Shown: positions 44,198 through 64,000 of the stretch, one piece after another | How the letters are laid out: each line of letters begins with the position of its first letter | How positions within the stretch are numbered: position 1 is the first letter of the stretch | NCBI RefSeq assembly: GCF_009914755.1 | Contig: NC_060942.1 | Direction: 5' to 3' (one strand) | From: the human T2T-CHM13v2.0 reference genome, Homo sapiens | DNA: 64,000 nt | Notes under the pieces: model-generated | What the model saw: the letters and a program-made list of their open reading frames with translations, nothing else | The model's database searches: none | Told to the model about the DNA's origin: nothing | Program-made: the position numbers and the translations under genes

Positions 44198-45582
44198 AAA
44201 GTGCATGTAGCATGTGTTTTTCAGACACTGCCAGTAGAGGTCTTTTTCAATTCACTATATTGTTTAAAAACGGTGTGCAAATGATGAAAATCAGGGCACA
44301 TGAATCTGAGAATCATGTGTGGTTAGAGCTGGTGGCATTCCTCACCATTGTGATGACTTAGACCCATGGGACAATGAACCTTAATGGTGATGATGAATAA
44401 ATAATATTCTCTCAAACCCATTCATTCATTCACCATATACTTAGATTCGAACTAGGAACAGAGCACTTGAGTCACAAATATTAACAGGACGTGGCCTCAG
44501 AAATAATGAGCTCACTAAAATAGGAAACAAAGGTATAGTAACACAGGAAAGGACAATGCCAGCATTATAGAAAGTGTCAGAACAACCACAGAAAGGAGGA
44601 CAACTAACTCTGCTTATAAAAGGGGTGTATTCTCCCTTGTTGCTGTAACAGATTACCATAGACAAAAAATGATTAAATTGCTTCCTTAAATTACCAAGCA
44701 TATACACTTGAATTCCTCATCTTCAAACCTGTTAAACTTTCTATGCAACCTCAACTTGTGGTTATACCTCATAGACCAGGGATGGAGAACAACGGCTTCT
44801 CTCCACTTATACACAGGAAAGAAGCAGCTTCCTCCATCTCTTGTCCAAAAAAGAGAGGTAAATCTTTGTTTCTTACAGACAGGATGAAAAGTATCCTGGG
44901 TCTAACCTTAACCTTTGGGAATGTCAATAAAATCTCTCCAAAAGCCAGATGGTCCCATGTGTCTTGAATTTTTTGACCTAGAAATGTCTTCAACATCTGG
45001 GCTTCATCCCTTTTGACATGCAAATGCTGGGGAGATGGCGCTTCAGATTTCTTGGCACCTTGGAGGCTTTGGGGGGTCTCATTTGAGCTGTAATCATTGG
45101 CCTTCTTAGGGAATAAAAGTTGTGTTGCCTTTTGGATAGAGTAGTTAACGAGACAAAAGGCTATATACTCAAAGTATGTGAAGAATAAATGTTTCTAGGG
45201 GAAGATATTGAAAACACTCCCTGTATTTATAGTGTATGCATTTCTATGTCTCAAGACACCAAGATCTCTTAGAGGAGCACTGAGAAATTCAGGGATACTT
45301 TATCCCCAAGAATCCATGAATTGTTCTTCAATATAGCTAATTTGATAAGACCAAAAAAAAAAAAAAAAGAGCTATCTTGGGACATAAACAAGACAGCTGA
45401 CTAGAAACCTCTAGTACTCTTCACACACACACACACCCCACAAATAAACAACTAAATTCTCACCAAAATAACTACAGGAGAGCTCCAGAGAACAGCAAAG
45501 AAGTAGCAGAAATCCTGTAGAGCACAGAAATGCAGGATGGCCACATAGGGAAAAGAAGGAAACAGCTTGCCTTTAGTCAGAT

Positions 45583-46308
45583 TGTTAGAGTAGGCAGATA
45601 GCCAGAAATGAGCAGGCAAGGGAGCCCCTGGGGAAAGAAGTCCAGGAGATGCTGCCCATTGACAGTTAACAAAGGAGACAATGGCTACACTGGCTACTTC
45701 TGGCCTTGTGATTGCGCTCCTGTATCCTCGAAGGGGACTTATCAGACCCTAGCAGGAGGTAACCATGATAAAGACTTTCCCTGCTGACAAGCATGTACAT
45801 TCCTCCAATAACTCACCCTAGAGTAGCCTTTTGCTCATAAAAAACACATCCTTGGGTGGAGAATTTAATGCTAATGAGACACGTGACATGTATCTCACTA
45901 GCATGTGCAACCACAGAGCATGTGTGCCCAAGAGGAATGTTTAAAACATGATTGCAAGTGACACCCCTCCATGGCCGTTCATAAATAATTATGTAAGATT
46001 CTCATAGAGTCCCCCAGCACTAGCTGCTGCTGGCTCATTCTCTTGAGCAGCCTGTTCTTTCTCATCTTTCAGAGTTTACTGTCTCTTTAAGTAAACACTG
46101 CTACTATTTTTCCAACTGGACCAGCCCAGAGCTATTTTCCAGACACACAAGGCCAGAGCTGTTTTCCAGCTGGGTCAGCCCACTTTTCTCTTGGAGTGTA
46201 CTTTTATCTCCTTAATAAACCTTTTGCTTACATTATTAATTGTCCCTTGGCTGAATTCATTCTCCCAAGTTAGACAAGAATCAAGGATTCCTGCACTTCA
46301 CAGTAGCA
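45583..46308 (+). mobile_element. ERV1 solo LTR (MER50/LTR48-like)
   Basis: tgttagagtaggcagatagcc...aataaacc...cagtagca; approximate TSD agat/ggat. Confidence 0.7.
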
Positions 46309-47588
46309 GGATGAGCTCAGAATCAGGAGGGTAGGGAAAGGGTAAGAAAGAAGACTCCAGCAGCCCCCATTACCACCATGAACACTGCAATCTTTGCTAC
46401 TGGGAACTCTTGCAGTCCTGACAGTTTCTGAGCCCAACTGAAGGAGCTCCCCAGAATCCACATGCTCAGCCACCCCCCAAAAAGGAGCAGACACCATTCC
46501 CCACCACCACCATTCCCTGTGCTGCTATTGCACTGCACCATCTTGGAATCAGAGACATTGCTAGAGGGCTTCCTGCTGTGGGGGTGTTGCCATTGCCTCA
46601 CCCCTTCATCCCTGAGGGGGATGTCCACACGACAATGTGCTATTTCTTAGCCGAGCTCCAGCTATGCCCTACCCCAGGATCAAGCTACCACTGAGTGGCT
46701 GCACAACCCCAGTTCCAGTCACTGGTGTATCTTCCTTTCAGGGCCAAGATAAAGTTGTGCTCTGTCCTCCAGGGACCTCACCCAGGGCTCCTGAACACCG
46801 CCAGTGCCATAGGTGAGGCAAGACCCCAACCCATAGGGACCTCAGACTTCCGGCACGCCAGAGCTGTTGACCCCTGCACCAGCACCCCAGGTGAGGCAGT
46901 GCTGGGGAGCCTCTGAGCCTTTAGAAAACTGGAGCACTTGCATCCTCCAGCACTACAGCTGATGCAGCACCCCAGTCTCAAGGGGTCTGGAGGCTCTCTT
47001 GACCTATATAGCCACACTTTCTGGAGTTGAGGAGATGTGGCATTTTGCATCCCAGGAACTCATAGCCTTGGCTGAGTTGTGCCACTCCACCCGCAAGGCC
47101 TAACAGCCACAGTGCCCCACCTACCTGGAACAGGATTAACCCCTCTTCCCCTACAATCTAAGCTGCTGAGTTATCCCATCTCTCTAGGGAGTGGAGTCAT
47201 TGCCGTGCTGCTCCCAGCTTCCCAGGACCCAAGCAACAGCAGAGTCTTGCCATTCCTGGGTCCTTGCTGCTGCACCCAGCCTCACAGAGTCTTAGTTACT
47301 GTCATGTCCCACTATTCCAGGGTATAGAGTCACCACCATGTGGTACTCATCTTGTGGAGCTTGAGGTGACAATGTGCCCTATCAGTCTTGGATCTCAAAT
47401 TGCAGCTGTGCTCTGCTCCCCAGGGTCCCAGCTTCCAAAAGCCCCTCTCTTCTCCAGAGCTGTGCCAGTATAGTGCCCTGCCCACCCCATGGTCAGAATC
47501 ACAGCTACATCCCAGCCCCATGGGCTAGATATGCTGGGATATGCCTCAGAGCTACAAATTCCAGCTTAGTAGAAGAACTGAATCCACT

Positions 47589-47952
47589 TGATATGGATTG
47601 ACTCTGTGTCCCCACCCAAATCTCATCTTGAATTGTAATCCCCACATGTCGAGGGAGGGACAAGGTGGGAGGTGATTGGATCATTGGGGGTGGTTTCCCC
47701 CATGCTGTTCTTATGATAGTGACAGAGTTCTCATAAGATCTGACGGTATAAAAGGGGCTGTTTCCCCTGCAATATCTCTATCTGCTGCCGCCATGTGAGA
47801 CATGCCTTACTTCCCCTTCATCTTTAGGGGCCATGATTGTAAGTTTCCTGAGGCCTTGCAAGCCATGTGGAACTGAGTCAATTAAACCTCTTTCCTTTAT
47901 AAATTACCATCTCAGGTCATTTTTTATAGCAGTGTGAAAATGGACTAATACA
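47589..47952 (+). mobile_element. THE1D/MSTA MaLR solo LTR
   Basis: tgatatgg...gtgtccccacccaaatctcatcttgaattgta...ggactaataca; approximate 5-bp TSD ccact/cctct. Confidence 0.92.
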
Positions 47953-49432
47953 CCTCTCATGCCTTGGAAAGAACCTATGCCTTGAATCCCAGGTCTAATA
48001 ACAGTGTCACAAGACTCTGAGTCCAGGAACCCAGCTACACAGCTGCTCCAAGCACCTACTCCCCATATCCCAGTGCTGCCATGGCTGTCTGTGTGCTCTG
48101 TCAGATCCACACCAAGAGAGATCTCCTCAGCTGAGATGACCCACTATGGGGAAGACAAAGAATAGGAGGATCAAACCTTAATAGGTTAAAGCCTTTGCCC
48201 TAATAACCTATGGAGCCACCATCACTGCCACAAACTCCTGGAACCTTGACCACAGAGGCATTCACAGTAATCACCAGTTATCACAACCGAAGAAGCTGCT
48301 GGAGACTACACCACTGCAATCACATGGAACCAGAGCCACTGCACCCTGCCCAACCAACAGTCTCAGGCTCTTCTTCAAATGAACATCTTCTCCTACAAAC
48401 GCCACTGTGTAAAGTTTGGAAGAGGTGACTGCACCACCAGATGCACAGACATTAATGCAGAGACACAAGAAAAATGAAAAAGCAAGGAAAAATGACACCA
48501 CCAAATGAGCACAATAATTCTCCAGTAAATGACCTTTAAAAATAAAAATGTATGAATTACCTGAAAAAGACAGAAACTCAACAAGATACAAGAGAATACA
48601 AACAGACAATTAAATCAGAAACAATTCATGATCTGAGTGAGAAATTCAACAAAGAGAGATTATTTAAAAAAAATTAGAGAAGAATCCAATCAGTGAAATA
48701 AAAAGAACAATAGAGAGCTTCGATAGCAGGCTAGATGAAGCAAAAAGAAAGAATCTGTGAAGTTAAAAGATAGGTCTTTTGAAATGAATCAGAGTGGGGA
48801 AACGAATGAAAAAGAGTGAAGACAACCTATGGGACTTATGGGACACCATTAAGTGAACAAAATAAAATGGCAGCCTAAAAATCAGGGAATAAATTGCAAA
48901 CCATATATCTGATAAGGGGTTAATATCCAAAATTTAGAAAGAATTCATACAGCTCAACAGTAGGAAAACAAATACCCCAATTAAAAATGAGGAAAACATT
49001 TTAACAGACATTTTTCCAAAGAAGATATAAACATCGCCAACAGGTATATGAAAATGTGCTCAACATCATTAATCATCAGGGAAATACAAATTTAAGCCAC
49101 TATGAAATACCACTTCACACCCATTATAATGACTACTATAAAAATGTTAACAAATGTTGATGAGAGTGTGGAACAGAGGAAACTCTTGTACACTGTTGGT
49201 GGGATTGTAGATTGGTGCAGCTATTATGGAAAAAAGTATGATATTTCTTAAATACATTTTAAAACAAACTTCTGAATGACCCAGCAATCCCTCTTCTGGG
49301 CATATATCCAAAGGAATTGAAATCACCACCTGGTAAAGATATTTGTGCTCCCATGCTCACTGCAGTATTATTCACAATAGCCAATATACAAAAACAACCT
49401 AAGAGTTTGGTAACAGACAAATGGACAAAGAA

Positions 49433-49434
<2 letters not shown>

Positions 49435-49479
<45 letters not shown>

Positions 49480-49483
49480 GTGT
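49435..49483. repeat. (TG)n microsatellite
   Basis: About 24 TG units with one interruption. Confidence 0.97.
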
Positions 49484-50059
49484 ATATATGTATTATTTGT
49501 TCAGTATCAAATGTTTGCCTGTGTAGAGGTGGGAATAGACTGAAAGAAGCACAAGGGAGCTTTCTTTGGGCATGTAGCTGTTCTATATCTTGATTCGTTC
49601 AATATTATTCAGTCCTAAAAAAGAATGAGATCTTTCCATTTGTCATAATGTAGGTGAGCTTCGAGGACACTGTTATAAATGAAATGTCAGACATGAAAAA
49701 AATTGTATAATCTCACTTATATGTGGAACCAAGAAAATTAAATATACAGAGAAAGAACAAAACACTGGTTACCAGGGGTTGGGGGCTGGAAGGGGAAATG
49801 AAGAGATATAGGTCAGAGGATACAATGCAGCAGATATGTAGGATGAACAAGTCTGGAGATCTACTGTACAACATGAGACTATAGGTAATAAAATTATATT
49901 GCATTTAGGATTCTGGTTAAATATATAATTTTAGCTGCTGTTCACACAAAAAGAAAAAAATGATAATTTGCTTCAGTATAGTAAAGTTTTACTATCTATA
50001 TATATCTGATAACATTATGCTATATACCTTAAATATAGAAAATAAAATTCATTTTTACA

Positions 50060-50400
50060 AAGGATAAACTACTGATACATGCCATAATATTATGGATGAT
50101 GATAAATCTCAAAAACATTATGTTTTATGAAAGAGGCTATACATAAAAAACCCCATACTGCATAATTCCTCCATAAAGAACAGCCAAAACTGAACTATTG
50201 TGATGAAAGTCAGAAGAGTGTTTGCCTGTGCAAAGGTAGGCATAGACTGTAAGAAGCACTAGGGAGCTTTCTTTGGATATGGGGTTGTCCTATATCTTGA
50301 TTCAAGTGGTGATTACACAGTTGTACATAGTTGACAAAACTTAAGCAATTGTACACTTAAATCTGGCATTTCAGTATTTGTAAAATTCACTTCAATTTCA
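50060..50400 (+). mobile_element. L1ME/MC 3' end fragment
   Basis: actactgatacatgc...aatctcaaaaacattatg...ctatatcttgatt...attgtacacttaaa. Confidence 0.75.
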
Positions 50401-51050
50401 AAAGTATTCCTCATATGTAGTCTTTTTTTGTATGCTGATTTATCTGAAAATTCCTGGTGTCTATGTAAAATCCTTTCCTCCTCTACGAATCTTTTGTTGT
50501 CAAAATGAAAAAAATCCAACCACAAAAGGATGTTTAATCTTTTCTCTACCTCCACCTGCTGTAGGGCTGAATAACGGTAAATGTTGTCTCCAAGACAAAC
50601 AAACAGGAATTCTGTAAAGTAGAGTGAAACTGCCTAAAGTGATACACTAATAACATGAGGACTGTACTCCCAAAATTCTGATTTCTAAATTAGTCTGATT
50701 TTTTGGGGGACACAAACTATTCCACTAAGTAAAAACTATTATTATGGTGGTAAAGTGGAAGGAACACAATGATATCCCATATACCAAAATTATCACCAAA
50801 GGGATAGCATGACTGGCAAATAAATGACAAATGGCTGAGAAAATAATAAAAGTAGAACACCAGCTATAAAGTGTAAGCCTGGAATTAGAGTTTGGGAAGC
50901 CTCAGTTGAAAACATATATATAACAGAATATTTTGGCAAAGGATACTGATATAGTGGCAGTATAAGGTGGATTATTCATATGAAAAACTATAATTTATTT
51001 ATTATATATTTTTGAAGTTTCCCATTTGAAAATTTAAAATTATCTGGAAG

Positions 51051-51550
51051 TGTATTAGTTTTCTATTGCTGTTATAACAAATCACTACAGACTTAGAGAC
51101 TTAAACCAACATAAACTTATTATCTTAGCTCTGTAGGTCAGAAGTCCAACATAGGTCTCACTGGACTAAGTCAAAGTATCACAGAACTGTGTTCCTTTAT
51201 GGAAACTCTAGAGAAGAACTAGGTTTGGCATTTTCTAGATCTAGAGCCCACCTGTATTCTTTGGCTTGTGGCCTCCTTTTGCCATTTTTAAAAGCCAGAG
51301 CTATCAACATCAGATAACATATTTTCACTTTGCCATCTATCTTATCTTTGCAGATAGGAAAGGTCCATAAGTTTTAAGAAACTTGTGATTTGATTGAGCC
51401 TGCTTGAATTATCCAGGATAATCTTTCCTTCTCAAGATTCTTAACCTTATTAAATTGGCAAAGTCCTCTTTCCTATGCAAAGTAACATATTCACAGGTTC
51501 TGATGATCAGGGCATAGATATCACTGTAAGACACTATTTTGCCAACCATA
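51051..51550 (-). mobile_element. MLT1D-like MaLR LTR
   Basis: tgtattagttttctattgctgttataacaaat...ctgtaggtcagaagtcc...gtaacatattcacaggtt. Confidence 0.88.
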
Positions 51551-52730
51551 GTGGTTATTAAAGCATTCTTTACAGAGAAGGGTGATCCTCATATGGGGTA
51601 TTAAAGAATGAGCAAAGAGGAGTTTTGCTTCTGACTGAGATGAAGAGACTGCTTTTACCCTTTCAGCTAAAATAACAACAAAAAGACAAAATATATTAAA
51701 CACCAACTTTCAAACATTGGATATCAGGCAGCACAGGGCAGTAATCTCTGAAAGAGAGGAAACAAATAAAGTGAGCATTAAGATTGCCCACCTTGCTCTA
51801 TGGAAAGAGATTCCACTGAATTTAGGGAAAAAATCCCAGGAGAAACTCAGAGATCTGTTTCAGTTGAGGAGAAGGAGTTGGGAGTGGAGGGAGAGTGGAT
51901 ATTCCAGGGTGACTATATATCACAGGGAAGATTACCAGAAATGAGAGAGCTCCCTAGAGAGAGAATAGAGATCAACAGAGAGTCCCCTGGAGTTATTCAC
52001 CAAGCACTGATTAGCACATTTGTCAGGAAACTATTTGAGACCAGGGAAACAGCTACCCAGAAGAAGCAGAGAGAATAATTCCTATAACTTATACAGGGCT
52101 CATAGTATTTTCAAACAATACCATTTACAACAGCATAAAAATATGAAATGCTTAGGGACAAATCTAATAATCTAATAAAATATATGTAATATCTACACAC
52201 TGAAAACTGAAAAATGCTACTAAAAGAAATAACAGAAGACCTAAATAAATGGAGATATATACCATGTTCATGGATAAGAAGACTCAATATTTTTAAGATG
52301 TCACTTCTCTCCAAAATAATCTATAGATGTAACACAATTTCAAGGAATATCCCAGAAGTCACTTTTTTCATAGAAACTGACAAGATTATCCTAAGACTTA
52401 TATAAAAATGCAAAGACTTCAGGACAGACAAAACAAACATTGAAAAAGAAGAATACATTTGGAGGAGTTACACTACGTCATTATAAGACTTAGCATAAAA
52501 CTACTATAATCAAGACATTGTGTCATTGGCATAAAGTTTGACAAATAAATAAATGAAACAGAAAAGAGAGTCCAGAAATAGACTGACACAGACATGGTCA
52601 ATAATTTTTTACAAAAATGCCAATAAAATTAAATGGAAGAAACTTATAATTTTCTCAAAAGATGGTGAAAGAACAATTGGATTTTATCTTGCAAAACATA
52701 CACACACAAACACAAAACAAAAATCAAGAA

Positions 52731-59775
<7,045 letters not shown>

Positions 59776-61190
59776 AACAAAAATCTTGAATTTTACCTCA
59801 CATCACGTTCAAAAATTAACTCATAATCAATCATAAACAGAAAAGTAAGAGATAAAACTATAAAATTTCTTTTTAAAATGAGGTAAAATCTTAATGATCT
59901 TAGGTTTGGCAAATATTTCTTAGAACACAAGAAAAATCAACTCTAAAATTACAAAAATCATTAATTATATTCCACCAAAAGTAAAAACTTTTTTTCTTTA
60001 AATGCACTATTAAGAAAATGAAAAGGTAAGCCACAGATTGGGAGAAAATATTTCTAAAACATATCCAACAAAAAACTGTGTCTAGAGTACACAAAAGCAC
60101 TTAAAGCTCAGTAATAATCAGAGAAAAAACTCAAAAATGGTCAAAAGTTTGAAGAGATACTTCACCATCGAAGAAATATAGATGGCAAATAAAAATATGG
60201 TAATATACTCAACATAATTAGTTGAAAAATGCAAATGAAAACCATAATAAGGTATTAATACATGCCATGTAAAATGTTTAAAATTAAAAAGAATAAACAT
60301 TTCAAGTATCAGTAAGAAGATAGAGCACTTCTACACCTATTTGCTATTATTTGGGAACAAATTGTTGCAATCATTTTAGAAGAGTTTGGTAGTTTATTAA
60401 AAAGTTAAACATATTCCTACCAAATGACCCAGACATTCCACTCTTAGGCCTTTACCCCAGATAAATAAAAGCATATGTTCATACAAAGATTTGAATGTAA
60501 TTATTCATAGCAGTTTCATTTATAATAGCCCTAAACAGGAAACAATACAATGTTCATTAGTAGATGAATAAACAAATTGTGGCATAGCACATAATGTAAT
60601 ACATTCAGCCTTTTATTCCTTTTGGTGCTACCAGTAATTCGTTCTCTTTCCTTTTGCATTATTTTTCTTTAGGTTGCTTTTTCACAGGACAATATATAAG
60701 CCCATAATTGAAAGGACAGAAAAATTGAGTGTGCATTTATACACTCACAGATAATTGAGAAATGCTTTTACTGATCCTAATACACCCATGCTCACTGTAG
60801 AAAAAATATAAAATTAAAAAAAGAATAATGTACACAATATCAGCACAATGTCAGGTCCAAAAGAATTGCTATTATTTGAATTTTACATGGTTCATTCTGG
60901 TTATTCAATGTTTATTTCTGTTGTTTTGGTTTCTATTAAGTTATCAGAATCATTAATATTATCCCATAAGTATTTCCCATATCAATTCACCAACCTTTCT
61001 TCATCTAGACACTGACAAAGGTAATGGTAAGGAGGGGCTGAAAGTGCTCTATACAATTCTAGTGAGATTACTACTCCATCTTCCCACGTATACTCTCCAA
61101 CTCACTAAAATCAATTAACTAGGAATCCAGCCCCAGTTAATAGACTACAAGTAGAGTGCACACCTTTCTATGAGGAACCCTCAGGGTATA

Positions 61191-61750
61191 TGTAGGGGAG
61201 AAAAAAGTAATATATTTTCCTTACCCATTGCATGATTCATGGCTGACACTCCTATAGCAAAGGACAGATTAACAAGAAAAAAAGCACAAAAAATTATTTA
61301 ATCAGTTTCACATGACACAGCACCCTTCAGTAATGAAGAACTCAAAGACCCAGGAAAAAGTGTATTTTTATGCTAAGTCTGCTGAAAGAAGTGGGTAGTT
61401 GTAGAGAACATGATTGAACAAAAAAGGTAATAAACTGCGGAAAACTCAGCAAGGCTTGCTTGTTCAGATTCTTCTTGGTATCTCTGTCTGCATTCCTTCC
61501 CTCTGAGTATAGGTTAGGATGCCTATTACATGAGGATCTTATGACCTACTTTCAGGGGAGGTAGGTCAGAGAGTGATGTTCCTTGGTTTTATAGCTTGCT
61601 TTGGTTGTGGGATAAGGGGGAAAGAGCAGGGGAGAAGAGGAAGTCAGAGAGACCTTCTTGCTGCTGAAGTCCTCCTTTCTCCTTTAACTAAAAAATACCC
61701 AACATGCCAAGGCATCATACTTTAGGTTATAATTTTCTAAGCACCATACT
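61191..61750 (-). mobile_element. MER34/MER39-like solo LTR
   Basis: tgtaggggagaaaaaagtaatatattttcc, nearly identical to the terminus of the 12442 copy. Confidence 0.78.
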
Positions 61751-62921
61751 TTAGGGTAACATGTTTAGAATTTAAAGGTTTCCTGATCTGTCTTCTTCCA
61801 CAGTCCACACCATTTTCTATATCCTGTTAACCTCAGGTATCTCAAGAGGTCTATGCCTCAGTTCTGGGCACTTTCCCCAATCAATGCTACAAATTTTCCA
61901 ATCAAATTAGGACTCATAATCTGTCATCATCAAAATCCTCTACATCCTCCTGCTCTCCTCTAGATGTTCTCCTAACCCTGTTTTAATTCAACCTGGACTC
62001 ATCTCTGAGACATTACTGCTCTACATTACTTTCAAGTGGGTCTTATTTTTTTCTGTCTTATCCTACATAGCCCTGGACTTTTAGGGTCTCATAGCCAGAC
62101 ACATCTAGATCATGTTCCCACTTTGTTCCCTAAAGAAAATACCACTTCCTTTGAGGCTTTTACCATTAAGTTCTACCACCCAACCCCTCTGTATTGAAAG
62201 TCATTTATTAACTAAGTGGATCCTAAATACCGCCTGGCTATCCTATTCGTACTTCAATTGTCTATCCACATTTTTACTCTCTAAAAAATTATTTAGCATC
62301 TCTTCTCAAATGTCCAGCACCCCTTCCTTTTCTAGACACACAGCTGTCAATCTATTTCTTATTACACAAAAAAATAGAAACAATCGCAAGAGATATTAAT
62401 CGTTTTCTCATAAAATTTACCAAACATATGAACTTACGTGCTCTGCCGTTCCTTCTGTTATACTAGGTTAACTGTCCCAGATCCAATCTAATGTCAACCC
62501 CTAGGCTATGCCCATCTCCTCTCACCTACTCAAGGACATATCTTATGCAATTAACCTCTATTTCTAAAAATACCAATTTTCCTTCCCTACAGCAATCCTA
62601 TCAACTAACATGGTGTGATGTCTTTCTTCTTAAAAAAACAAACATACAACTCTTCCTTGACCTATTATTACCTTCAACCCTGTAATCCCCTCTATAACAA
62701 AACAAACACATAGAGTTATTTTTATTTGTTTTCTCCAGTTGTTCAGCTTTTCTTTCTTCCTCCAACCACTCCAGTTAGGCTTTTGCAACTATCACTCCCA
62801 GTGAAAGAATTATAAGGTCAACAATGGTCTCTACGTTGCCAAATCCAAGTTTCAATCCATATTTTACTCAGCTACTCAACAGCATTGGACATGGTTGATC
62901 ATGGCCTCCTACTTAAAAATA

Positions 62922-62961
62922 TTAGGTTGGTGCAAAAGTAATTGTGGTTTTGCCATTACTT
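62922..62961 (+). mobile_element. Half MADE1 (Hsmar1 MITE, single TIR)
   Basis: TA followed by ttaggttggtgcaaaagtaattgtggttttgccattactt; second arm absent. Confidence 0.85.
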
Positions 62962-63191
62962 GTTTTGCTTACTTCCCAGATTCCTCAGTGTTTTCCCATC
63001 TCAGTAGCTGCAACTTCAGGATCATTTTTTTTGTTTGTTTGTTTCTATCTTCTCACTAACCTCTTAACATTGAAGGTCCCGGGGTCAACTGTTGACCTTC
63101 TTCTGTATCCAATTTGCTCCCTAGTTTATCTCATTTAATGCCCGAGGCTTTATATATCAAGCTGATGACCCATAAGTATTTTACCTCTTGC

Positions 63192-63938
63192 TGAAACGGG
63201 AGAATTCCCTGACCCCCAACCCCCCTTGCAGAACTTGTGACAGGGTGTGGCTCATCTGTTCTGTTGCCGCACACTCAAACCCCTTATGGGAAGGGAACCA
63301 TGCAGACAGGCAGGTGCAAGTGCCTTTGGGCTCTGGCCCCACAGTAGTGTCCAGGGGTGGGTGCCTGCAACTCCTGAAGCCCCAGTGAGTGTGTTACAGT
63401 CCTCTTTCAGCTCTGCTGTCCACAGATGGCTTAAGTGTTAACAAGCTCAGTGTTCTCTTGGTACCCAGGTCCTTGTCCAGTGTTCAGAAAGAATCAGTCA
63501 CAAGAAAAATTGAAGGATGGGAAATGTGGAGAATTTTATTGCTCGATGGAGGTGGCTTTCAGAGGGATGGATGGGGAGCTGGAAAGGGGATGAAGTGGGA
63601 AAATGATCTTCCCCTGGAGTTCAACCATCTTGCAGCCAATGTCCTCTCTAACGATCCCCAGCCAAACCCCTCTCAATGTTCAGACACTCCTTCTCTTCTC
63701 TCCTTCTCTGCCACTCTGTTTCTCTTCTATCCTCTGTTCTTCTGCTTGTGGAGCCTGGAGTTTAGGGTTTATATGGGTACAGGATGGGGAGCATGGCAGG
63801 GCAAAAGGCAACATTTGGGTGCAAAAACAGGAGTGCCTGTTCCCATTTAGGGCTACAGGTTTCCAGGCTTGAGATTGGGGCCTTTGCCAGGGAACCGCCC
63901 TCTTTTACCTAGTATTTCCCTACTTCCTGCCTGTATCA
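63192..63938 (-). mobile_element. LTR1-family solo LTR (ERV1)
   Basis: Reverse complement begins tgatacaggcaggaagtagggaaatactagg; exact 4-bp TSD ttgc; the 153-aa ORF at 63389 lies wholly inside it. Confidence 0.88.
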
Positions 63939-64000
63939 TTGCCTAATCTCCAGATTCATGTATGTATATCCCTAGTATCTAGAAAATACATGTTAAATGA

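Larger units (their letters stand above)
45380..50055 (+). mobile_element. L1MA-type element: long 5'UTR and ORF1 start joined to ORF2 end/3'UTR (internal deletion), carrying two LTR insertions
   Basis: caagacagctgactaga 5' motif; ORF1 start atgaaaaagcaaggaaaaatgacaccacc near 48475; jump near 48865 to gcaaaccatatatctgataagggg; L1MA5/6-like 3'UTR. Confidence 0.75.
61900..64000 (+). mobile_element. L2 fragments interrupted by MADE1 and LTR1
   Basis: aaccactccagttaggctttt, aaggtcaacaatggtctctacgttgccaaatcc, cagcattggacatggttgatca. Confidence 0.65.

Noticed and set aside
63389-63850. 153-aa ORF
   Set aside because: Wholly within the antisense strand of an LTR1 solo LTR

Overview
Primate (catarrhine, most likely human or hominoid) nuclear DNA, AT-rich and dominated by transposable-element relics. 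It holds Alu (J/S/Y), L1 (young L1PA to ancient L1M, one near full length), L2/MIR, near-complete Tigger1 and Tigger2 copies, hAT MITEs, a two-LTR ERV-L-class provirus and many solo LTRs (LTR12, LTR1, five MER34/MER39-like, MaLR). No conserved protein-coding gene, RNA gene or CRISPR array is evident; nearly all listed ORFs are TE remnants or chance. The most notable non-repeat signal is a chain of + strand GT-AG exon candidates (19996-20164, 23388-23468, 28044-28082, optional 12-nt microexon 27343-27354). All are joined by phase-1 introns into one stop-free frame of about 100 codons, and one exon comes from ERV gag: a candidate lncRNA or de novo gene. The window also has deep TE nests, two twin-primed L1s, an old inversion and a local templated duplication. 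Subfamily names come from recalled consensus sequences and need RepeatMasker/Dfam confirmation.
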